Both the position numbers and the translations under genes were made by a program. Below the pieces are notes generated by a model. The model saw only the letters and a list, made by a program, of their open reading frames with translations. It did no database searches and was not told the DNA's origin. This document shows positions 1-12,517 of a stretch of DNA of 64,000 nt, piece by piece; the first letter of the stretch is position 1, and every line of letters starts with the position of its first letter. Source of the DNA: Octopus sinensis (lineage: Eukaryota); assembly GCF_006345805.1 (NCBI RefSeq), contig NC_042998.1:131812001-131876000 (forward strand), read 5' to 3'.

Positions 1-225
1 CCCACTTGCAAGTGTGAGATATTTTGGCAAACATTCTGTAAACAAACTTAGACGAATTGGATGGAGTAATGCGAGGTGTTGTGAAGGTGAGATCGCATGA
101 GGGCGAGGTGTAGTGGGAGTAGATGAATGACAGTTAAATATTTCTGCTTACCAAATCAAGGTCCGATTGGCTTAGTGCTTTTCTCTAGTTTCCTTAACGC
201 TATGAGAATGATATATATATATAAA

Positions 226-449
226 GCGAACTGGCAGAAACGTTTGCACGCCGGGAGAAATGCTTAGCGGTATTTCGTCTGTCGCTACGTTGAGTTCAAA
301 TTCCACCGAGGTCGACTTTGCCTTTCATCCTTTCGGGGTCGATTACATAAGTAGCAGTTACGCACTGAGGTCGATATAATCGACTTAATCCGTTTGTCTG
401 TCCCTGTTTGTCCTCAGTGTGTTTAGCCCCTTGTGGGCAATAAAGAAAT
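226..449 (+). mobile_element. SINE family 1 (tRNA-derived head, Meta/MESC-like core, tail A)
   Basis: A-box-like TGGCAGAAACGTT and B-box GAGTTCAAATTCC; core GCCTTTCATCCTTTCGGGGTCGAT; tail ends GTGGGCAATAAAGAAATA; more than 15 homologous copies in the window. Confidence 0.9.
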
Positions 450-467
450 ATATATATATATATATAT

Positions 468-585
468 AAAGACTTGTTAAAGACTTGTTTTATTTATATT
501 TCCTGAGCGCCATACTAATACAATTGTTCGTTTGTTTTCCACCTGCCTTCGTCTTTTGTTTATTTTCATAAAGCTTCCCGTTATA
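468..585 (+). mobile_element. 3' part of HHR-bearing PLE pseudo-LTR-like element (family B), flanked by (TA)n
   Basis: AAAGACTT...TTCCTGAGCG..ATACTAATAC...CCACCTG is homologous to 60659-60745 and to the reverse complement of 5240-5345. Confidence 0.7.
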
Positions 586-607
586 TATATATATATGTGT
601 GTGTGTA

Positions 608-672
<65 letters not shown>
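584..672. repeat. compound (TA)n(GT)n(GA)n microsatellite
   Basis: direct reading. Confidence 0.95.
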
Positions 673-951
673 TAGCTCTATTTAGGTACATATTTTCTAT
701 AGAAATTATAGCCAGCATTGATTTTACGACGTTTCATGTTCGAGATGCTTGATGTAAATAACAATGAGATCGAAAATGAAAATAGGTAATGACTGTATAT
801 GCCATACTCCAGGAGTTTTTGCTCCTTCATCCACTCCCATCTAACACAGTAGAACACAGTATTGACTTATAAAACCGTTTAATATATTTTGTAGTATATT
901 ATGGTTGCATAACGAAATACGGTTTTCCCTACAGATCATTAAATACATATA

Positions 952-1834
952 CGTGGTCAGATCCGGACTGTTGCGATAGTAACAAAGCTAAAGAACAGAG
1001 AGTAAAGCCACTTGACAAAGATTGACCTTAAACTCTGCTGTGCATGTGCAATAAGTTTTAACAGTCTAGCTCACTTCCGTTGCTTACAGCAATGCTTGGA
1101 AGGAAGGTGTGTAGCGTGTGACCGTCGCATTGACCATGACACAGAAAGTTGAGCGGAGAATCTGCATCAAATTTTGCCAAAAGCTTGGCGATACTTGCTC
1201 AGAGGCCTGCGCAAAGTTTTGGAAAAGGTTTCACCGTTCTCAACACACTCAAGGAGATCTTGCGGAACTGAAACCCGAGTGTCTTTTTGGTCAGCTGAAA
1301 GCAGTTTGGCATAAACTTGGCAGAGACGCATCTCATATCAAAATCTTCAGTGATAATGGACTGAACTGAATCGTAACTAATCTGCACATTCTCTGAAAAC
1401 TCACAGATGGTGATTCGATGAAATCCTCTCACAGCTGCACGCACGTCTGCGATGTTTTTCTCAGTTCTGCTGGTTGCAAGTCTCCCAAAACGTTCGTCAA
1501 TATCGACATTTTTCAACCATCTTGGAAACGTTTGAACCACTCGTACACTTGTGTGTGGTTCATACACACTTCTCCATACACTTTCTGCAATTTTACCTAG
1601 GCCTCTGAGCAGATATCGCTATGACAGCTTTCTCTGTCATGGTCAATGCAACGACCAAGCGCTACACACCTTCCTTCAAAGCACTGCTGTAAACAGTGTA
1701 AGTGAGCTAGAACGTTAACTCTTAGTGCACATGCACAGTAGAGCTCAAGGTCAATCTTTACTCAGCGGCTTCACTTTGCCCGTCTTAGCTTCGTTACTAT
1801 GGCAATAGTCCAGATACTTATTGGTCAGACCTCG
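952..1834 (-). mobile_element. internally deleted mariner with two inverted 5' ends
   Basis: TA-flanked termini TACGTGGTC../..GACCTCGTA; mariner N-terminal HTH region on the minus strand (VYEWFKRF...DIDERFGRLATSRTE...SAKFMP); a second N-terminus on the plus strand (MTQKVERRICIKFCQKLG). Confidence 0.85.
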
Positions 1835-1850
1835 TATGTATATTTAAGTA

Positions 1851-1863
1851 AATATATATATAT

Positions 1864-1932
<69 letters not shown>

Positions 1933-1967
1933 TATATAACTGTATGTGTGTGTGTGTGTGTGTGTGT
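1851..1967. repeat. (TA)n/(GT)n microsatellite
   Basis: direct reading. Confidence 0.95.
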
Positions 1968-2574
1968 ACAGAATATGGGTATAGTGCTGTTTTATTTCAC
2001 AATTTATTTTGCCATATAGGAATCGAACTCGGCCTTACTGGCTAACTAACCTCACATAGTGAAGTGCTACAGATGCTTATCATAGTGAATCATACTGCCT
2101 TGACGTTACTTATGTTAAAGCTTGGAAAATACAATCATAATTTGCTGAGAGTTTTTTACATTGACAGCATGCCCGCTGATCGCCTTGAGTGAGTAAAATT
2201 TGCATGACGCGCGTCTTCAGTTAAATAAAGTCAACCCAGAAGATGGATGGAAATAAATACTGCAAGAGATATCAATCTGAAGATCGACCACTTTTATCAT
2301 TTCTGCGAAATTACTTTCGATAATGCTATTGTTTTTTTTAACCCTAGCTCAACTTTGATGAGAGTAGTTATGATTAAAGACGTCCCAGACAGGACCATCA
2401 AGTCTATTTTTTTCCAGATACAGAATCTCTAGAACTTTATTGTCCGAAGTGACATTTTAAAATATTTGTTTTAGGCACAAAGCTATGATTTGCAGACGAT
2501 TTGGCTGCTAATATTTGCAGGACAAGCGATAACCTACTTAACCGGCTTTTTATAATAGTAATAATATATTGGTT

Positions 2575-2776
2575 TGGTTTCTAATTTTGGCACAAGGCCA
2601 GCAACTTCTGGGAGGGGTATAAATCGATGAGATTGATCCCAGTGTTAAACTGGTACTAATTTTATCAACTCCAAGCGGGTGGAAGGCAAGGAATTTGAAC
2701 TCAGAATGTAAAAACGGGCGAAATGCCGCTAAGCATTTTTCCCGGTATGCTGACGCTTCTGCCAGCTCACCGTCTT
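2575..2776 (-). mobile_element. SINE family 1, tail B variant
   Basis: reverse complement of head (GAATTTGAACTCAGAA, TGCCAGCTC) plus tail GGCACAAGGCC. Confidence 0.85.
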
Positions 2777-2835
2777 AAGCATATACAAAGGATGCAAGGC
2801 AAAGTAGACCTCGCTATAATAGCAATAATATATTA

Positions 2836-3003
2836 GTTTCAAATTTTGGTACAAGGCCAGCAATTTCAGGGAGGGAGGAATCGAACTGTGTTAAACTGGT
2901 TCTTATTTTATCGGCAGCATTTGAACTCAGAAAGTGAAGACGGACGAAATGCCGCTAAGCAATTTTTCCCGGCATGCTAGCGATTCTGCAAGGTAACCGC
3001 CTT
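2836..3003 (-). mobile_element. SINE family 1, tail B variant, internally deleted
   Basis: homologous to 2575-2776. Confidence 0.8.
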
Positions 3004-3623
3004 GTAATAGTAATAATATATTAAAACATAATATGATAACAGATGCACAGTGTATCAGGTATTGTGAATTGTAATACACAAAATAAAAACAAGTGAAATA
3101 ACTACATTGCATTAACAAGTCTATCGTATTTCCTTAAACAGTCAAAAGGAAATATTTGAACTAAAATTAACCGAACGATTGTACGTTTAGTACTTCAATA
3201 AGTTTTCCATTTGTAATTATCTGAGCTACAAATCTCTGAGAGAAATATTGCTGCTCCATAACTGAATGAGGGAATGTATTGCCATTGCATATTTCCTGCA
3301 ACTGATTTCATCCAGCATACAAACAGTATTTACTAAACAAACAAAACAGAAAGGAAAATTAATTTCTTTTCCGTTTGAAATCATTGATTAAAAAAATATA
3401 AAACGTTCACATGCTAGCTATAGTAATTTCTGGAATAGCAGAACAGACCTTCAATCAAGTAAACAAACATATTTAACAACATCCGATGCTTTTAATGGTT
3501 TATTGTCTGAATATGTTGCACCGGGAATATAATGATAGGGCTACACAAAACATTCTGACATGTAGTTATTATGATTTGTCACTAATGCGTTAAAAACGCA
3601 TAGTTTAAAATCGTCGTCACATA

Positions 3624-3832
3624 CGATGAGGTGCCGAAAAGTTCTTGGCTTTGAGTTAAAAGAAAATACAAGAGGATCAGTTAATTACAATTTTATTCAA
3701 CACCTCGCCCTCTCAGATTCACACACTTATTGTAGCGGTTCTTCAGCTTTTCTAAACTTTGTAAAAGAACTCGGAAGGTTGGGCCTCCAACCAGGCTTTT
3801 CGCAATGCCAGGAACTTCTCAGAACTCCCTCG
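3624..3832 (-). mobile_element. mariner-derived MITE (~209 bp)
   Basis: imperfect TIRs CGATGAGGTGCCGAAAAGTTCTTGGC / CGAGGGAGTTCTGAGAAGTTCCTGGC, TA flanks; remnant of a mariner C-terminus. Confidence 0.75.
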
Positions 3833-4447
3833 TATATGAGAAAACTTGTAGGTGCAATGCTAATCACAAAAGGAGCGTGGATGATTGATGTTATCCGTTC
3901 GATGTCACTACTTGATTCGAAGGTACCCTTAGTATAGTTCCCTGTTTTACGAGCATTCATATATGACTGGGATTAAGAGGTTCGCTGCGCAAGGACGGAA
4001 TTTCGGGATCGATACCGTTACGCGGCACGCCGGGAAAAGTATCAAAGCACAAAGCTTAGGGTCGACGAAAAACTTGTGATTAGATACAAACCATTTTAGC
4101 ACACTTGTCTCAAACCACTTAGCTACTCAGATCTTGTTCACAGTCTGCGTGGGAGTACACCTGCGATGGAAATTACAACCCAAACCAAAATAATGCGTTC
4201 ATCTCTCACCCACTAAAAGAATTACAGAAACTAGAATAGAAGCATGGAAACAACATTACGTCTGCTCGTATCATATATTTTGTGTCTGTGGTAGGATTAC
4301 AAAAATGATAAACGTAAGCGTATATAAATCATGCTTTGTTTGTTTAGTGTTTTGCTTTAGCTAGCAACTTTAATAAATTCTCACACATTCTGACACAGGC
4401 ATATTGCTTGCACACGCTTTACTTTCATTTTCGCTTAATATAATCTA

Positions 4448-4566
<119 letters not shown>

Positions 4567-4931
4567 ACGTGCACGTCTGTCTTTCTAAAACTGTCATGCC
4601 TTTCTAAAACTGTAGGTGTGAACGAATCTTCCTTATTGGAGTTACTTCCTTTGGGTGTTGTTTTTAGATGCTAAATACCCTTACAGCCAGTTTTTGACTC
4701 TGAATCGCTTAGATGATCTCAGTTCATCGGTGGTTTTCAAGTTACAATATTACATATGTGAGGCCCTACCATGCGTGTACGGAGTGTCCAGAACATTATC
4801 CTTGGGTATTTCCTTCTACTCTATTGTTGATATACGTAATAGGCATTACAACATTTTGTCTCTTTCTTTGTCACTCACACCCTCTCTCCTCCTTCTCTTC
4901 CTCCTCCTCTCTCTCCCCTTATATATATGTG

Positions 4932-5164
4932 TAGGGTTCACCAAAAGCTACCCGACAGTAAATCAAAATTCCATATGTACTATCTGTAATTCTGTATAGA
5001 CTTGAACGGGAAAATGTGTCGCTCAAGAAAGATTTCAGCTTGGACAATTTTCATGGTGTTTCATATTTAGATGCTTTTCGTTAATTCACTCACTTGTTAA
5101 ACCTAAATAAATCTTGGATTTAAATGGTTTTGATTTACTCTAAGGTGACTTTTGGCCAAACCTG
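4932..5164. mobile_element. Tc1-like MITE
   Basis: degenerate TIRs ..GGGTTCACCAAAAGCTACCCGACAGTAAATCAAAA / CAGGTTTGGCCAAAAGTCACCTTAGAGTAAATCAAAA, TA flanks. Confidence 0.65.
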
Positions 5165-5186
5165 TATATATATATATATATATATA

Positions 5187-5239
<53 letters not shown>

Positions 5240-5243
<4 letters not shown>

Positions 5244-5520
5244 GAGGTGAAGAGAATTCACAAAAAAAACAAAGGACGAAGACAAGTGGTGTAGACAACA
5301 AACATACATATTAGTTTAACGCTCGGGAAGTGAAAAAGTATTTAACGTTTCGAGCCTATGGTCTTCCACAGAAAGGAACACAGAAAGAAACAAGGAGAGG
5401 AAATAAAGAATGTGTAGTGGTTCGCGATCTATCATGGCGAATGTCGGACGGACGGGTCACACAAGAGAACTAGGAAGAAGGGGAGATAATAAAGTTGTCG
5501 TGATCCCAAAACGAAGGTGC
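5240..5520 (-). mobile_element. PLE pseudo-LTR-like element, family B, with HHR-like motif
   Basis: homologous to 60575-60745; ends in (TA)n. Confidence 0.75.
5340..5375 (-). ncRNA. minimal type I hammerhead-like motif, variant core CUGUGGA
   Basis: minus strand cttt-CTGTGGA-agaccataggctc-GAAACGT-T-aaat. Confidence 0.45.
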
Positions 5521-5941
5521 GCGTGTGTGTGTGTATAAGAGAGTATGTATGTGTGTGTGGAAGAGGGCTGTTGACCTTGACGTGTGCGTGTGTGTATGTG
5601 TAGGTGTAAAGATGTGGGGCTGGGAAGTGGTCAGTGCTAGTGTGTGCGTGGTGGCGTGATGTGGTGTTGTGTGGTATGGTGGTGTATGGTGTAGTGGTGT
5701 GTGTGTGGTGTGATGGTGTTGGGAGGTGGGGGAGGCAAGAGTGGGAAAATCAAGGGTGGGGGTAGAAGTGGGGTATGTAGTAGTGGGTGTTATGAATGGG
5801 ATGGGATGGGATGGATAGGGAAGGTGGGGTTGGATTGTGTAGGTGGGTGGGGTTACGAGGGAGGGGTGACTATGAAGGAGGAAGGGAGAAGGTGGGTAGG
5901 AGTGAGGATAAGAGAGGAGAGTAGGAGTGAAGAGAAGTAGG

Positions 5942-6030
5942 AATATGTATGTATGTATGTACGTACGTACGTACGTATGTATGTATGTATGTATGTATGT
6001 ATGTATGTATGTGTGTGCATGTGTGTGTCT
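5942..6030. repeat. (TATG)n microsatellite
   Basis: direct reading. Confidence 0.95.
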
Positions 6031-6279
6031 TAAAATATTATTATTATTGTAAATCACTTTTAAAAATATTAAGTGATCCTTCACGGTTCGTGTGACATTA
6101 AACTAAAAGCCGAGTTAGATTTATTACGAAGACCAAATTGACTGGAAGTTCATAGTTTCGTTATCGGTTCGAACAAGAAATAGTTAAGCCAAAAGCAAAC
6201 GGACATGAAGCATCTTATGAATAGAGCGAGTTTCACTATCAGACAACAAGCATCTTAAGCATATTCAATATAATTCTTT

Positions 6280-6488
6280 CTACTATAGACACAAGGCCTG
6301 AAACTTTTGGGGAGGAGGCCAGTCGATTACATCGACCCCAGTACTCAACTGGTACTTAATTTATCGACCCTGCAAGGACGAAAGGGAAAGTCGCCTTCGG
6401 CAGAACTGCGACTCGGAGTGTAAAGGCGAGCGAAATGTTGCTAAGCATTTTTCCCTGGTGTGCTAACGATTCTGCCGGTTCGCCGCCA
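6280..6488 (-). mobile_element. SINE family 1, tail B
   Basis: homology to the other copies. Confidence 0.85.
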
Positions 6489-6699
6489 TGAGCATATTCA
6501 ATTTAATAAAACAAAATTAGTGTACACTTAATTTATTGGTAATTCTAGAATAAATAAACAATTTATAAACACAATCTTCATTAAAAAAATAACTAAAATA
6601 ATAAAAGCAGTGAAGAAATAACAAACAATCAGCAAATGCTAAATGCAGACCACACACTACAACGAATATCAATGGACCACCCAAACGTAGTTGTAACAG

Positions 6700-6742
6700 T
6701 TCTCACCTGAAGATCACTGTGGCGTGAAACTCGAATCGTAAT
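6700..6742 (+). ncRNA. decayed minimal hammerhead motif (family D)
   Basis: ttctcac-CTGAAGA-tcactgtggcgt-GAAAC-tcgaatc; homologous to 53979-54025. Confidence 0.45.
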
Positions 6743-6762
6743 ACGTCTGTGTGTGTGTGTGT

Positions 6763-6795
<33 letters not shown>

Positions 6796-7449
6796 AGTGT
6801 GTATGTGGTGTGTGAGTGTGTGTACCACAATATTTTTTAATCTTTTAATACCACATCAATTTTAGAGAATTCCTTATTCTGGAGATTATCTCCACTTCCA
6901 TTTCAAGGTGGTCCTAATTCCCTTTAAGCTATCGAAACTAACGGCATTGGTTCAATAAATCAGGGCTTCATATTGTATGATATTTTATATACTTTAATCG
7001 TGTTTGACGTTCAAATAAATGAAACTGGACACTTTGAATTATTTCTCTTAATTCTCTTTAACTAAATTATGCAAATTATCTATGCGATTGCAGTGATCTG
7101 CCCTTTTCTTTTATGTGCCTATTATTCGTCTGATGGAAACAAGATAAGGTAACTGGTACGCTCAAGATAAGTCCACAACATATCTTCTCTTATCCTCTTA
7201 TCTCCAGACAAACAGAGTCCCTATTGCTTAGTGTTATGTTAACTCTGGAGACTCCATCCCAGTCGCCACAAAGCAACTGCTCTACCCTCTCTGGAAGAAA
7301 GCGGAGATAGTTACAAAAAATATAGTCTTTGTTTTCTGAAATATTTTATATACTTTTCTTATAATGCCATTGACCAATCCGTGTTGTTCCTCTCAGTTCA
7401 CTTTTGTTTAACATAAATACGCATACGTACACACATATTAACATATATA

Positions 7450-7476
7450 AATGTGTGTGTGTGTGTAAAGCATGAG

Positions 7477-7511
<35 letters not shown>

Positions 7512-7663
7512 AAATTTATGTGTGTATGTATATTTGCATGTATATATGTATGTATGAATGCAGGTATATATATGTGTGTGTATTTATGTATGTATGCATG
7601 CAGGTATATATATGTGTATGTATGTATGTATGTATGTATGTATGTATGTATGTATGTATGTAT
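7450..7663. repeat. compound GT/TA/TATG microsatellite
   Basis: direct reading. Confidence 0.95.
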
Positions 7664-8586
7664 ATCGCTCTGTCTCATGATATTTCTCCCACGCCATCTA
7701 AACACTAATACACATCCCAGACATACAAAAGGGGATTATGGTGCCGACGATTCGCTTTCTCTTCCCTTCTCCCGATCCTCAGAATACACACAGCTGTGTT
7801 GTGTGTTCCAAATATAAACATCCGGTGAATTGTAAAGAAAGACAAAGTAAGAGAATCGGTTTTGATTTTCAATTTTATTAATTCATTTCTATTTTTCCTT
7901 ACTTCCTCTTTCTTACTCCCTTTCTCTCACTCTCAGACTCACTTTCTCTGTGTGTGTGTCTCTCTCTCGTTGTTTTTCAGTTTACACCTCTTTGCTGTCT
8001 TTTACCCCTTTTTTTTTGTATTTCTCTCAATCAGTTCCACATTCCCGTAGGCATCCATTTTATATTTTGGTCCCTAAACTTCGCATATTAGACTCAATCG
8101 TGAATATATATATAAACAGCAGGTTGCAATATTTCATCAAAAAGGAGAATTGTGATTTTCACTAAATGTGACTAGGGTGTTGGGTAACGGCTAAATTGCT
8201 AGAAATAGGAGCAAAAGTGCTATAATGCTGTACTTAACGCACACGAATGTAAACATATACACTAACAGCGACCTGAATCGTCCGAAAAGTGCCGATCGAG
8301 AATTCCTAATATTGACGTCAGTGTCGGCAATTTCCGTTGCCTCACAGTTAAGCCCACTCAATCTCAGCTTTTTTCGGACGAGTTTTTCTATCAGAATATA
8401 TGTTTTCACGATCCAAATTAATGGATGATGTAGCAATTCGCTAACGTGTATACACAAAATTAATGTAAACAGCAGGTTGCAATATTTCTTCAAACAAGAG
8501 AATTATAATTGTCACTAAATGTGACTAGGGTGTTAAGAAACACCTAGATGGCTAGAAATCAGAGCTAAAGTGCTCTAATGTTGTAG

Positions 8587-8862
8587 GCCGAGATCACTGA
8601 CCTCGTCGGGTTATTTATACTGGATACTCTAAGGAAACGTCCACGCCTATACAGCTCAACTCTGTATAGGAACGACGGTTTGGCAATCTCAAGCCATATG
8701 AATGACCACGCCATGAACAAGCTTAGGAAATATCTGATAAAGATCTTCAAAGAATTCGACCTGTCTATAATAGGTATCAGCAATTTCACAAAGGTCGACC
8801 TACTGGACGTAACCTACACTTGAAGGCCATCAACTATTATCCTTACAGAAAGCCCGAAGAAG
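8587..8862 (+). pseudogene. PLE reverse-transcriptase fragment (Hydra-type)
   Basis: translates AEITDLVGLFILDTL...LYRNDGL...KLRKYLIKIFKEFDL...KVDLLDVT, then YPYRKP after a frameshift; matches RT motifs B'-C-D-E. Confidence 0.85.
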
Positions 8863-9238
8863 AAAACTCTTTATAACCTCAGAAATTCCAGCAGTCTAAT
8901 GATGTCTTTCGCCTAGCTTGACATGTTGGCATTTCCAACGTTCATCTAGATAACACTGACCCGGTAGCTGGAAAGTCATGAAACAATTATGTAAGAAACA
9001 ATTATGAACTTTTTTACTACACTCAACTTGAAATTTATAGCTATTATACCAACTACCGACAAAACACCACCACATGGATTCTATTAAGACCAGTAAGAAA
9101 CAATTATGAACTTTTCTATTACACTTAACTTTTTAAAATATTTTTGATAAGGTTCGTTTTTTCAAGAACCGAAACATGTAAAATTTCTAAGAAAATTAAA
9201 ATTTATCTAATATAGTGACGTTTTCAAACTTCTTTTTT

Positions 9239-9242
<4 letters not shown>

Positions 9243-9296
<54 letters not shown>

Positions 9297-9320
9297 ATAT
9301 ATATATATAATATATATATG

Positions 9321-9388
<68 letters not shown>

Positions 9389-9390
9389 TG

Positions 9391-9462
<72 letters not shown>

Positions 9463-9470
9463 TGTATGTA

Positions 9471-9519
<49 letters not shown>

Positions 9520-9610
9520 ATATATATATATATATATATAATATATATATATATGTATAAATATATATACATATATATGTGTGTGTGTGTGTGTGTGTAT
9601 ATATTCATAC

Positions 9611-9645
<35 letters not shown>

Positions 9646-9660
9646 CGTTTATATACATAT
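9243..9660. repeat. compound (TA)n/(TATG)n array
   Basis: direct reading. Confidence 0.95.
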
Positions 9661-9838
9661 AAAGTTAATCCAAACAAGAAAACACAAAAAACAACAACGC
9701 GAGGACGTGGAACAAATATATTACAAATAAATTATTGGACGCTCAGGAAAGAAGGAAAGAAGGAGGGTTTAACGTTTCGAGCGGAGCTCTTCGTCGGAAA
9801 CATAGGAGAAGGAAAGATCCAGAGAAGGGAAGACAGAT
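9661..9838 (-). mobile_element. PLE pseudo-LTR-like element, family A
   Basis: reverse complement is homologous to 19160-19366 and 52685-52890; ends in (TA)n. Confidence 0.85.
9767..9801 (-). ncRNA. minimal type I hammerhead, core mutated (CCGACGA)
   Basis: minus strand gttt-CCGACGA-a-gagc-tcc-gctc-GAAACGT-T-aaac. Confidence 0.6.
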
Positions 9839-12029
9839 ATATGTTTGTATGTATGTGTGTGTACCTATAAAACTATTAAATGTTTGAAACACCTATATTT
9901 TAAAAAAATACTGCAATATTAGTACAGATGTGATAAAAGTTTTTATAATTTCAGAATCTGTCTCATATAATTAGTTCCTTTTTTATGACTTTCATTGTAT
10001 GAATTTTTTTTTTTTTTGTAAAACTGGTCCTGGATACTGAATAATCATAGAATTGTATTAGCCACTTAAATTCACACACACACACTCACACAAGCACATA
10101 TACGTGCGTAAGCATATCTGCACTTTTTTCTGCATTTTTTCTGGTTTCATTCTTTGAAGTGCAGACATGCTGAGACACCCACTCAAAGTGATTTCTACGA
10201 TTAGATTTTAAGCCAAGGAGTGAGCTTCTATGCAGTCGAAAGATTTTCTTGAAATCGCAGTTAACTCTCTCTAAATCCACACTCTATTGTTTTAATATAT
10301 AAAGACACATTAGATAGCCTATTTACACCATTTTCCCACTCCATTTCTATTTATATTTTGACATGTCAATATCTACTTCTCTTTTCATATGCCATGCCTA
10401 TAGGCACCAGCAGTAGCTTTCCATTGACTTTTACTGGTCAATTTACAGTTTATTCTACTACTTTCCTGCCCTTCTGAATTTATTCCAGAAGATCAAGGCT
10501 TATTTGACTATTAGGTAGGTGAGTCGTTTCCATGATATTAAGACACATCCACATTGGTAGGCTTAAGTAGCACATGACTAAGGGCCAGCCCTCCTCCGTG
10601 CCTTAGCCATAGAACCATCTTCTATTTTACCTATAACTAGAGTCCATGATGTGTACTTCTACCCAGGGCCAGAGCGGACTTGAGAGTAATGATGACTAAG
10701 GTGTAATGCTGTACTCTCGCAAACTCCAGAAATCTAGAGCTGGAGTTCCCAGATGCAGTTTTATGCCTTGCCCAAGACAAACATCTTTTAATCTATTTTC
10801 TACGCACATTTTTGCCTCACCACTTTTCGCACACACACACATACACACACACACTGTCTCGCGTGCACACGCACACATACACTCTCTCTCCCTCTCTTCT
10901 CCTTCCCTCTTTTTCTTTGCTTCCTCTTAATCTCTCATTTTCTCATTATTTTTCTCTTCTACCCTTTCGTTATTGTACCTTCTCCTAATCCCTTCTCTTT
11001 CTATCTCTTTAATTATCTATCTACCTATTTGCCTGTCTGTCTGTTTGTCTCTTTCTCTCCCTCTCTTGTATCAAATGGCGACCTTCTGTTTTCCTCAAGG
11101 TGAATGAATAACAACACAATACGAATACATTTAAGTTTTTTTAGTACAGAAACATTGATTTGCTTTTAAAATTACTCTCACAATAGAAACGAACAAGCAT
11201 AACCCACTCAGACACACGTACGTTAAGTCAACAAGAAAGAAAGACGGCCAGAAGAAAATCCAACTCACTTACCCTGGATAAAGACCACCTGTTCTGTATA
11301 GGGAACTTACCACGGAAGCACAACACCTGTAATGCAAATTTATACATAGATATATACATAATCATTGATTTCTCAGTAAGACTTTTGCGCAATCAGAAGA
11401 ATGTAAAGATGATTGAAATAATTTTAATATATAACAGGTACGTGTTTGATTTATAAGCTTTCTGCCATTCCTGAAGAACGGTTGGTTATGATAAGATCTG
11501 AGCTCAAAAACCTTCAAGAAAGAAATTAAATTTTGTAAGGAATTTAGTTCGATCTTTGTTACCATCTTCATATAAACATATATTAAAGGCAGTAAAATGA
11601 ACCAATACACTGGGGATAGTTATTTGTGAGAAAAGTAATGCGCAAAGTCAGTTTGGACACGAATCGACGCCTCCTCGTTAATGAAAGCTACATTGTATGT
11701 ATCCCCCATGCTGCATGGATTGCCAACCACAAAACGTTCATTCTAAAGCAAATTTGGGAATCATAGACATTGAAGTTATAAGTAGTTAAGAACGAGCCCC
11801 AAATCTTGCAACTCTGCCTGACTGAGATGCTGCATATCATCCTCCATCTTATTCCAATCTTAAATATAAACAACGAATTAATTTCACCCTCCCATCCGAC
11901 TAACGGCCAAATTCTTCCAGCAAAAATTTCGCATAAGGATCCCCTGCCCCTAATACATGGCAGACGACAACGGATGAGGTTCACTGCTTACACAACCTAG
12001 AGTCGTTTTATTAATTTTAAATCTTAGTA

Positions 12030-12228
12030 GGAGGCGTGCTGGAAGAATCGTTAACATGCTGAGGAAAGTACTTCACGGTATTTCATCCGTCTTTATATTA
12101 AGAGTTCAAATTCCGCTGAAGTCGACTTTGCTTTTCATCCGTTCGGGGTACAAGTTGAACATTGGAGCCTATATAATCGGCTTACCCGCTCCCCTAAAAT
12201 TTTAGGCCATGTGCCTATAACAGAAAGC
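12030..12228 (+). mobile_element. SINE family 1, tail B, diverged
   Basis: GAGTTCAAATTCCGC..GTCGACTTTGCTTTTCATCC. Confidence 0.8.
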
Positions 12229-12300
12229 ATTATTTTCAAATATATTAATGTTACAGACTACCGACAGATCACAATCGCAATGCCGATGTGTAATCATTGA

Positions 12301-12517
12301 AGGTGGTGAGCTGATAGAAAAGTTAGCATGCCTGGCGAAATGCTTAAGCAGTATTTCACCTGTTTTTACGTACTGAGTTCAAATGCCAGCGGAGTCGACT
12401 TTGCTTTTCATCCTTTCAGGGTCGATAAATTAAGTACCAGTGGAACACTGGGATTGATATAATCTGATGGTCCCCCTCCCCCAAGATTTCAGGCCTTGTG
12501 CCTATAGTAGAAAGGAT
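12301..12517 (+). mobile_element. SINE family 1, tail B
   Basis: head, core and tail GGCCTTGTGCCTATAGTAGAAAGGAT. Confidence 0.85.

Noticed and set aside
226-310. tRNA genes at SINE heads
   Set aside because: A/B boxes are present, but there is no complete cloverleaf and each continues into SINE body sequence.
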